Shown: positions 24,717 to 32,062, numbered from the stretch's first letter. The stretch is 45,148 nt of DNA from Nitrospinaceae bacterium (GCA_029261635.1 JAJDAW010000029.1:1-45148); one strand, 5' to 3'. Notes: generated from the letters alone by a model not told the origin. Translations and numbers: made by a program.

Positions 24717-25214
24717 ATGAAAATAAAAAACATGTTGAAAATGGCAGTAGCAGCTCTCTTGTTTTCTGGAATGGCAGCATCCAGTGCATTGGCCGCAGAC
24801 GGTACCGGTACGGCCACCGCTAATGTAGTCGTGCCTCTCGCTATTACCAATAGCCTTGACCTTAACTGGGGTACTTTTGCTCCCGATCCAACAACCCCAG
24901 GCACTGTTACAGTTCCGCCCATTGGTGCTCCCAGTTCAACGGTTGTGTCTTATTTGAACCCAGGTACTGTAGGGTTAATGAATGTGACAGGTGATGGTAA
25001 CCGGAGTTTTGAGACTTCCATAAGTGCTAATCCTCATACCTTTACGGGTGCCAACCCTGCAAACACCATGACTGGACAGGTTGTTATTGTGGCACCTCCC
25101 GCTCTTGCTGCTGGTGTTGCTCAAGTTTTAGTAGGCGGAGAATTGGCTGTTGGTGCGGGTCAAGCTGCAGATGTGTACAGCGGTAATTACACGGTTACCG
25201 TTAACTACAACTAA
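24717..25214 (+). CDS. DUF4402/SCPU-like fibre subunit, tandem paralogue 5
   Basis: Same conserved ends. The 5' end is a mosaic of paralogues 3 and 2. Confidence 0.8.
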   Translation: MKIKNMLKMAVAALLFSGMAASSALAADGTGTATANVVVPLAITNSLDLNWGTFAPDPTTPGTVTVPPIGAPSSTVVSYLNPGTVGLMNVTGDGNRSFETSISANPHTFTGANPANTMTGQVVIVAPPALAAGVAQVLVGGELAVGAGQAADVYSGNYTVTVNYN

Positions 25215-25328
25215 ACAGTTGATCATTTGTAACTGGGTTTGGAGTGCCTTTTCTTGTTCTCTTTTCAGACAATAAAGGCTAATATAGGGGGTTGAATTTT
25301 GTGTTTAACATAAAGAGGCCGTGAAATT

Positions 25329-26264
25329 ATGAAAAGGGTTTTTGAATTAGGCAGTGGGTCTTTTTCTTCAAAGTTTTTAAAAGCCAAAGGGCTTGTGTCT
25401 TTTTTTAGTTGTTTCCTTTTTCTTACCCTCGCGGTAATGGGGCAGGGTATGGCTTTTGCGCAGGAAAAAGAAGGTGGTGTTGGTAGTGTTATGGTTGCCC
25501 CGACCCGCATTGTTTTCGAGGGCCGTACACGGTCTGCGCAAGTGAAAGTGATCAATCAGGGCACTAAAGCAGGTACCTATCGCATCAGCTTCAAAGATAT
25601 GCGTATGAAGGAAGATGGAACCTACGAAGATGTTAAAGAAGCTCTGTCCGATGAAAAGTCCGCTAAGGATCTAATTCGCTATTCCCCTCGTCAGGTAGTG
25701 TTGAAGCCAGGAGAATCCCAAACAGTTCGCTTGCTTTTGCGAAAAAAGAAGGGGCTCCCGGAAGGTGAATATCGTTCTCATATGTTATTCACTGCTCTTC
25801 CTCCTGAAGATGCAGGGGCAGACATTGAGTCTCTTGCTGGTAAAGATGGTGAGGTGACTTTGAAGTTGTTCGCCATCTTTGGTGTGTCTATCCCAGTCAT
25901 TGTTCGGCATGGAAAGGGTTCGGCATCAGCAGAAATGGCCGACCTCAAGCTCAAAGAACCTGAAGAACCCGACGCCCCCGATGCCCAAAAGACTGTTTCC
26001 ATACGTCTTAACAGGAAGGGCAACCAATCTCTTTATGGCGATATTCATGCCAAATTTACACCCAATGGTGGTGGCGAGGAGTTGGAGGTTGGTGTGATAA
26101 CAGGGGTGGCCGTCTACGACCCAAATAAAACCCGAGTGATTAATCTAAAGTTGAACCCTCCAGAGGGAACGGAACTTAAGCAGGGACGTTTGCATGTGGT
26201 TTATCGAGACGACCCAGATAAGAGTGACAAAATTTTGGCTGAAAGCCAGTTACAGATACCCTAA
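25329..26264 (+). CDS. PapD-like periplasmic pilus chaperone
   Basis: Signal peptide, then VMVAPTRIVFEGRTRSAQVKVINQGTKAGTYRISF and RYSPRQVVLKPGESQTVRLL, the PapD_N-type pattern. Position is between the subunit genes and the usher-like gene. Confidence 0.75.
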   Translation: MKRVFELGSGSFSSKFLKAKGLVSFFSCFLFLTLAVMGQGMAFAQEKEGGVGSVMVAPTRIVFEGRTRSAQVKVINQGTKAGTYRISFKDMRMKEDGTYEDVKEALSDEKSAKDLIRYSPRQVVLKPGESQTVRLLLRKKKGLPEGEYRSHMLFTALPPEDAGADIESLAGKDGEVTLKLFAIFGVSIPVIVRHGKGSASAEMADLKLKEPEEPDAPDAQKTVSIRLNRKGNQSLYGDIHAKFTPNGGGEELEVGVITGVAVYDPNKTRVINLKLNPPEGTELKQGRLHVVYRDDPDKSDKILAESQLQIP

Positions 26265-26272
26265 GGCGGTAT

Positions 26273-29200
26273 TTGAAATTATGTTTTGGGAAAATATTCC
26301 GATACGTATTAATGCGTGCATATATTTGCATTTTGGGCGTTGCCTTTCTGGTAATGTCCGGGGTGGCATTTCCACTTTTTACCGAAGCCAAAGGGGCGGC
26401 GACCCCTGTGGTTTCGCAGGAGCCTGATAAAAAGACCACATCCTCCGAAACACCCTCCCCCGCAACTTCGCAAGCTCCTGATAAAACAACCGAACCCTCA
26501 GTTACGCTTCCACCAGATAAAGCAGGATCACCTTCTGCAAAAGATACTAAAGCAGATCAGGTTGAGGCAAAAGCTCCCGGGAATAGTCAGGAAAGTGTTT
26601 TTGACCTCTCCAAAGCAGAGTTTCTGGTTCTAGAACTTCGGTTTGACCGTTATATTTTGAATGATGCTTTACTCGGTTATCTTTATCGCGATAGATTGCT
26701 GCTCCCCTTGGGTGAAGTGGTGCGATCTCTCGACTTTGCTATCAATGTTGATGTTGATGCAAAACGAGCTGAGGGCTGGTTTCTTTCTGAGAATAGGCGG
26801 TTTTTTCTTGATGTAGGCCGCAATGAGCTAGTGATAAACGGACGCGCAAAAAGTTTTGATCCTAATCAGGTGGTTCTTGATCCCGAGGACATTTTTATCG
26901 ATAGTACTCTGCTGGAAAAATGGTTTCCGGTGAATTTCGAGTTTAGCCTTTCGTCCTTGCTTGTAAAAGTAACATCGGAAGAAACACTGCCCTTTCAATC
27001 CCGTTTGCTACGCGAAGAGGCGCAGTCCACTATAGGGCGAGGCTCAAAGGCAGAAAAATACCCGCGGCAAGAACTCCCTTATGTTTTCTTGGACTGGCCT
27101 TCCATCGATTCAAGTTATAATTTTGATTACAGCAATGCTGATGAAGGAAACCTGGGAGCTAATTCCAGTACCTTGATCAGCGGCGATTTCCTTTTTATGA
27201 ATACAGAAGTATTCACGACAGGTAACAAGGATGATGTCATTTCCAGCCTGCGAATGAAAATGGGTCGGGAAGATTCGGATGCAAAGTTACTGGGGCCTCT
27301 CAAGGTCACCGAGTTTTCCATGGGCGATATTTCCAGCCCACAGTTACCGTTGGTAGCCAGAGGTGCAACAGGTGTTGGCCTTCAGCTTTCTAATTTCCCC
27401 TTACGTCAGGAGTCTGAGTTTGACCGGATCAATCTGCGAGGAGAGTTGCAAGCAGGTTGGGAGGTAGAACTATATCGAAATGAAATTCTACTCAACGTTC
27501 AAAGCGAGCCTGATGCTAACGGACGCTATGAGTTTCTGGATGTTCCTTTGTTATTTGGTTCCAATGTGCTACGTCTGGTGTTTTATGGGCCGCAGGGCCA
27601 GAGACGAGAAAAAATTCAGCGCCTGAATGTTGGAGGAGACCAAGCTTCACCTGGAAAACAGTATTTTCGTTTTTCCACAACCTATCAGAACGAAAAATTA
27701 TTTGAAGTAAGTGATCAGGAAACCGATATCTTTGTTGAAAAAGGTGATGGCAAAGCGCGCTATACCCTCGAATACCAACGAGGCCTCAACCGGTGGCTGT
27801 CAATGGATGCAATTTTTGCCAGTCTGCCATTACCGGATGGACGACGTTATTTTAGCACTTTGGGACTAAAAACGGGGCTTTTCGGGGCATCCACACGTGT
27901 GAATTTGACGAAAAATGATGTAGGTGGAACTGCTTTTGAATCTTCTGTTTTGATGGGGTTGGGTCCTCTCAGCATGTTTTTTGAGCATACCCAATTTTTT
28001 GATTTTCTAAGTGAGCGGGAAACCAACACAGGAGATTCGGTTGTCAGCCGCAGTGAAACGCGTTTGGACAGTTCGATACCAGCGTGGTTGTTTGTCCCGC
28101 GTATTCCCTGGTCTATAAGCGGGTCCATGGAAGTGCAAGAGTCAGGTTTAAAACAAATTGAACTCAGTAACCGTCTTTCAGTACTTTATTCAGGAGTTTC
28201 TGCCTCAAACACAACCGATTGGTCGTTAACCCGAGGCGGCGATGCTGAACCCAGCACAAGTGGTTCGGGTTCAGCTCAGTTGAGTGGGCGTATATCTAAT
28301 GTGTCTCTGCGTGGTACTTTGAGTTATGAAATTTTACCAAATACCATTTTCAACAGCGCTTCCCTTAGTAGTGATTTCAAGATCAGTCAGGATTTCAGTG
28401 CTAACCTTGGGTTGAACAAGCAACTCACTGATGATGGGCTGACCAGTTATAGCGCAGGAATTAACCGTCGATTCACGGCATTTTCTATTGGTCTCAATGC
28501 TTCTTATGATAATACCGGTGCCTTTTCTGCGGGTACTTCCATTACTTACAGCCTGGGTCGCGAACCCAGGAAAGGGAGTTGGGGCCATAGTTCTGATCGA
28601 ATGGCCAGTTCTGGTATGGTATCTGTTCGAGTGTTTCTCGACACAAATGCGAATCAGGTTTTTGATGAAGGGGACGAGCCTTTAAAGGGGGTTAAAGTTG
28701 CACCGGGCGGTGATGACCAAAAAACCGATGAGGATGGGATTCTTCTGCTGAGAGGATTGAGTAGTAGCCAGCCCACCAATATCGTTCTGGATACAGATAG
28801 TCTGGAGGATCCCTATTGGGTTCCTTCACGAAAAGGTTATGAAGTGATCGGTCGACCGGGACGGCCCATTATGCTGGAGTTCCCCGTCACCCCTACAGGA
28901 GAAATTGATGGGACTGTATACTTGCTTACGGGTGACTCTGAAAAACCTGTGGGCAACGTGCAGATACAACTGGTAAATGACAAGCAGGAAGTGATCCAAG
29001 AGGTGAAGAGCGAGTATGATGGATTCTACTTGATACAACTGGTACCTCAAGGGCGGTACAGTCTTATAATTTCTCCGGATCAGATCAAGCGGCTGGGCTT
29101 GAAAACTCCTGATCCAAAGGAAGTGATTATTGCAGGAGAAGAAACTCTACAGAGTGGAGTGGATTTACTACTTGAGCAAGTTAACCCTGTAAAAAACAAA

Positions 29201-29662
29201 GCAAAAAAAGAAAAATCCAAATCAGTCAGTGAAAAGTCGACTAATGAAAAATCAGCCAGCTACAAATCCGCTGATGTAAAAAAACCAACTGCTGAGGAGT
29301 CAGATATAGTGGAAATGTCCTCAATGGTCTTTGGACCACTTAACCAACCTCCAAATCAGAGTAAAACTCCTGAAATAGAGACTTCAGATAGCCGGAAATT
29401 GAGTGCTCCCGAGAAAACCCTCAAATTTATTGTAAAAAAAATAAAAGTTGCAGGTAGCAGCCTTTTTCCAAAAGAGGAACTCGAAGCACTGGTGAAGCTT
29501 GACGGCGGTAAAGAGGTTGGCTTGGAGGAGTTAATTTTACTGGCACAGAAACTCACTTCTTATTATGTTTTACACGGTTATTTTTTGTCTAAAGCCTATA
29601 TTCCCGCCCAAAAGCTAATAGATGGGAGTGTTGAAATTTATATGACTGAGGAAAAAAATTAA
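26273..29662 (+). CDS. Giant outer-membrane usher-like protein with a C-terminal beta-sandwich pair, Lys-rich linker and ShlB-type POTRA domain
   Basis: Signal peptide and S/T/P-rich linker. AGWEVELYRNEILLNVQSEPDANGRYEFLDVPLLFGSNVLRLVFYGPQGQ resembles the usher middle-domain motif. C-terminal VRVFLDTNANQVFDEGDEPLKGVKV and GEIDGTVY...GFYLIQLVPQGRYSL modules, then a POTRA_2-like tail. Start is TTG at 26273 or ATG at 26312. Confidence 0.6.
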   Translation: MKLCFGKIFRYVLMRAYICILGVAFLVMSGVAFPLFTEAKGAATPVVSQEPDKKTTSSETPSPATSQAPDKTTEPSVTLPPDKAGSPSAKDTKADQVEAKAPGNSQESVFDLSKAEFLVLELRFDRYILNDALLGYLYRDRLLLPLGEVVRSLDFAINVDVDAKRAEGWFLSENRRFFLDVGRNELVINGRAKSFDPNQVVLDPEDIFIDSTLLEKWFPVNFEFSLSSLLVKVTSEETLPFQSRLLREEAQSTIGRGSKAEKYPRQELPYVFLDWPSIDSSYNFDYSNADEGNLGANSSTLISGDFLFMNTEVFTTGNKDDVISSLRMKMGREDSDAKLLGPLKVTEFSMGDISSPQLPLVARGATGVGLQLSNFPLRQESEFDRINLRGELQAGWEVELYRNEILLNVQSEPDANGRYEFLDVPLLFGSNVLRLVFYGPQGQRREKIQRLNVGGDQASPGKQYFRFSTTYQNEKLFEVSDQETDIFVEKGDGKARYTLEYQRGLNRWLSMDAIFASLPLPDGRRYFSTLGLKTGLFGASTRVNLTKNDVGGTAFESSVLMGLGPLSMFFEHTQFFDFLSERETNTGDSVVSRSETRLDSSIPAWLFVPRIPWSISGSMEVQESGLKQIELSNRLSVLYSGVSASNTTDWSLTRGGDAEPSTSGSGSAQLSGRISNVSLRGTLSYEILPNTIFNSASLSSDFKISQDFSANLGLNKQLTDDGLTSYSAGINRRFTAFSIGLNASYDNTGAFSAGTSITYSLGREPRKGSWGHSSDRMASSGMVSVRVFLDTNANQVFDEGDEPLKGVKVAPGGDDQKTDEDGILLLRGLSSSQPTNIVLDTDSLEDPYWVPSRKGYEVIGRPGRPIMLEFPVTPTGEIDGTVYLLTGDSEKPVGNVQIQLVNDKQEVIQEVKSEYDGFYLIQLVPQGRYSLIISPDQIKRLGLKTPDPKEVIIAGEETLQSGVDLLLEQVNPVKNKAKKEKSKSVSEKSTNEKSASYKSADVKKPTAEESDIVEMSSMVFGPLNQPPNQSKTPEIETSDSRKLSAPEKTLKFIVKKIKVAGSSLFPKEELEALVKLDGGKEVGLEELILLAQKLTSYYVLHGYFLSKAYIPAQKLIDGSVEIYMTEEKN

Positions 29663-30107
29663 AAAGATTCATGTTGCCGACATTAAATATTTTAATAAAA
29701 AACCGGTTGATACGAAGCGCATCAAAGCAAAACCAAGTAGTAGAAAACCAGCCAGCCACAAACCCATTGATGCAAAAAAATCTACTGCTTCTAAACTAGC
29801 TATCGAAGAAGATTTGTTAGACAGGTTTTTACCGTCCCCAAAGTCACCTTACGAATCTTCCCCTAAGGCTGAAGCACCTGAAATCAATGTTCAAGATAGA
29901 CGAGAACCAGTTGATCCCGAAAAAGGCCCCAAACTCCTTGCAAATAAAGTTGAAGACGCTGGTAACAGCCTTTCCCTAAAGGAGGAACTAGAAGCATCGG
30001 TGAAATTGAATGAAGGTAAAGAGAGAGGCATGGGGGTGATGTTTTATTGGCGGGCTGCTGCATTTACTTATTTCGGAGCGTGCTTCTTTCTATGTATCTC
30101 AGGATAA
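29663..30107 (+). pseudogene. Out-of-frame (+1) continuation of the usher-like gene: rest of the POTRA strand plus a truncated divergent duplicate of the linker and POTRA start
   Basis: The +1 frame from 29649 reads (E)KIKKIHVADIKYFNKKPVD...KPASHKPIDAKK...KVEDAGNSLSLKEELEASVKLNEGKE, paralleling 29248-29520. Similarity is lost after ~30030. Confidence 0.5.
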
Positions 30108-30276
30108 TTTTTTATTTAAAGTCGACATTTACGCCAAAAACTAACAAATAGGATTGTTAAAATTAGAGTGGGCTTCATTGACTAGACAGTTTTTCATGGA
30201 AATAAGATAGTAAGAATGTGTAAGTAGCAGGTCCCACGGGCAATAAGGAGTGGGGAAATAAAATAAGCACAAATCC

Positions 30277-31482
30277 TCAAGCCCCTCGCCGTAACGGAAT
30301 CACTTCCGCACCAGCTTTTAGTTTGTCAAGATAATCCGCCCATTGTTGCATCATCTTCTTACGTTCGTGAAGGTGTGCTGTTCTGTTATACGCCCGTCCA
30401 TTAGGATCACGCACGGCATGGGCTAGTTGGTGTTCAATGAAGTCGGGACGAACTCCCAACACTTCATCCAGAATCGTTCTGGCCATAGCTCGGAATCCGT
30501 GACCGCTCATTTCTTCTTTGCCGATTCCCATGCGCCGCATTGCCGCGAGGATAGCGTTGTCGCTCATAGGTCGGTCTTTGCTACGCGCTCCCGGAAAAAC
30601 ATAACGTCCGTTTCCCGTTAGAGGTTGTATTTCCTTTAAGATTTCTACAGCTTGCCAGGACAAGGGAACAATGTGGAGGGTGTCGGTTTTGGTCACTGTA
30701 TAACGCCATTCCAGTTTTTCAAAATCAATATCCTTCCATTCGGCTTTGCGCAATTCGCCGGGGCGAACGAATACTAAAGGCGCAAGGCGTAGAGCACAGG
30801 CAACAATAAGGGAACCTTCATAGCCATCGATGGCCCGCAAAATTTCTGCCACTTGTTTGGGTTCTGTAACGGCGGCGAAGTGCTCACCCTTTGCCGGGGG
30901 TAATGCGCCACGAAGGTCGCCGGAGGGATCGCGCTCGGCGCGTCCGGTAGCAACCGCATAACGGAAGACTTGCCCACAGTTTCCCAAAGCCCGGTGCGCT
31001 GTTTCCAAGGCTCCTCGCTTTTCAATTCGCTGTATCGCAGAAAGCAAAACTGGTGCGGTTACGTTGGCAATCGGTTTGTCACCAATCCAAGGGAACACAT
31101 CCCTTTCGAGACGACGAATGATTCGACCACCATGATCGGCGGTCCAGTTCGTAGAGTATTTGGCGAACCACTCCCTTGCAATAACTTCAAAACTGTTTCC
31201 TCCACCGTTTGCTAACTTTTGAGCTTTCCGATTTTCGCTCGGATCAATACCATCTGCTAACAACTTACGGGATTCATCACGCCGTTCCCTTGCCATCTTC
31301 AAAGTCACGTCAGGGTAAACGCCAAGGGAAAGGCGTTTTTCCTTTCCATTAAATCTATACTTTAACCGCCACCACTTTCCACCGTTCGGGGAGACTTCCA
31401 TATATAGGCCGCGTTCATCATATAGTTTGATGGTCTTATCGCCGGGCTTGGTGTTTCGGATTGCGGTGTTGGTTAGAGGCAT
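30277..31482 (-). CDS. int: P4/CP4-57-type (DUF4102-containing) tyrosine integrase
   Basis: MPLTNTAIRNTKPGDKTIKLYDERGLYMEVSPNGGKWWRLKYRFNGKEKRLSLGVYPDVTLKMARERRDE is the canonical N-terminus. Catalytic HGFRAMART...HQLAH. ATG at 31482 has AAGGAG 8 nt upstream and is preferred over the listed TTG at 31521. Confidence 0.9.
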   Translation of the reverse strand: MPLTNTAIRNTKPGDKTIKLYDERGLYMEVSPNGGKWWRLKYRFNGKEKRLSLGVYPDVTLKMARERRDESRKLLADGIDPSENRKAQKLANGGGNSFEVIAREWFAKYSTNWTADHGGRIIRRLERDVFPWIGDKPIANVTAPVLLSAIQRIEKRGALETAHRALGNCGQVFRYAVATGRAERDPSGDLRGALPPAKGEHFAAVTEPKQVAEILRAIDGYEGSLIVACALRLAPLVFVRPGELRKAEWKDIDFEKLEWRYTVTKTDTLHIVPLSWQAVEILKEIQPLTGNGRYVFPGARSKDRPMSDNAILAAMRRMGIGKEEMSGHGFRAMARTILDEVLGVRPDFIEHQLAHAVRDPNGRAYNRTAHLHERKKMMQQWADYLDKLKAGAEVIPLRRGA

Positions 31483-31578
31483 GGGGGCAACTCCTTTTTG
31501 GGGCAGGCTAGTAGCCCCCAATTATGCCCCCAGTTGCCCCCGGATGTCAATAAACTCTATGGGGCAAATCTGGACAGT

Positions 31579-31658
31579 TAAAAGCAAAAAACCCAGCAAA
31601 ATTGCTGGGTTACGGATGCTATTGGATTTTCTGGGATGTCAAATTGGTGGAGGCGGGG
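31579..31658. repeat. Proximal direct repeat (att-like) overlapping the ssrA 3' end and terminator
   Basis: Partner of 16231-16309. Confidence 0.85.
31584..31610 (-). terminator. ssrA terminator
   Basis: On the minus strand: cccagc-aatttt-gctggg followed by tttttt. Confidence 0.75.
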
Positions 31659-32003
31659 GGAATCGAACCCCCGTCCGAAAGGTTTTGGTCAAAGGCGTCT
31701 ACATGCTTATCTTCTGATTTAAATCTTGTTCCGACGAACTCCCAGAAGCAGGATTAAGTCGAAACCAGTTCCTAAAAATCTCGTCCCATTTACTCGGAAC
31801 ATGTAAACAGAACCAGTTCGCTGAGTGACGTCCGACCCACATCCCGCGAACATGGACATGGCGGACGGTAACCGTTTAAATTAAGCGGCTACAGCTACAT
31901 CATAATCGTTGGCGATTATGTAAAAGCCGTTTTTTAACGGGCCAACGGCATCCCGTGCATGCAACCCTTGCGTCTGCTCTCCCGTCGAATCCGGATCGCC
32001 CCC
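31645..32003 (-). ncRNA. ssrA: tmRNA (SsrA)
   Basis: Minus strand 5' GGGGGCGAUCCGGAUUCGACGGGA...GCAUGC...GUUGGCC.GUUAAAAA... and 3' ...GGACGGGGGUUCGAUUCCCCCCGCCUCCACCA. Acceptor stem has a G3:U pair. Tag reading frame GCC AAC GAU UAU GAU GUA GCU GUA GCC GCU UAA gives ANDYDVAVAA (31881-31913). Confidence 0.92.
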
Positions 32004-32033
32004 CAATACATATTGGAATACTACGCTACTTCT

Positions 32034-32062
32034 AATATATAGTAATAATGATAAGGTTTCAA
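32034..32062 (-). promoter_or_regulatory. Candidate sigma70 promoter of ssrA
   Basis: Minus strand TTGAAA-N17-TATATT, placing a start ~25 nt upstream of the mature tmRNA 5' end. Confidence 0.45.

Larger units (their letters stand above)
16231..31658. mobile_element. ssrA-integrated genomic island (~15.4 kb), bounded by direct repeats, with P4/CP4-57-type integrase and AlpA
   Basis: Direct repeats at both ends. The integrase abuts ssrA. It also holds an AlpA gene, a second recombinase and cargo that looks more GC-rich by eye. Confidence 0.75.

Noticed and set aside
22472-24922. Four similar antisense ORFs (22472..22792, 23023..23268, 24099..24428, 24650..24922) that might look like a conserved gene family
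   Set aside because: Each is the reverse complement of the conserved 5' end of a pilin paralogue. Their similarity is inherited from the sense strand, which has RBSs, signal peptides and family motifs.
22311-25330. Regular ~550-bp periodic repetition, considered as a possible CRISPR or other non-coding array
   Set aside because: The period equals whole genes with RBS, signal peptide and stop codon. There are no short direct repeats with unique spacers.
29651-29660. A AAA AAT as a programmed -1 ribosomal frameshift site at the usher stop codon
   Set aside because: The sensible continuation is in the +1 frame. The -1 frame gives about 45 codons of unrelated sequence and then a stop. Only a +1 shift, a 1-nt deletion or transcriptional slippage would work, so classical -1 PRF is rejected.
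31427-31717. 96-aa plus-strand ORF spanning the integrase start, att repeat and tmRNA 3' end
   Set aside because: It is antisense or overlapping to well-supported features and has no coding signal.
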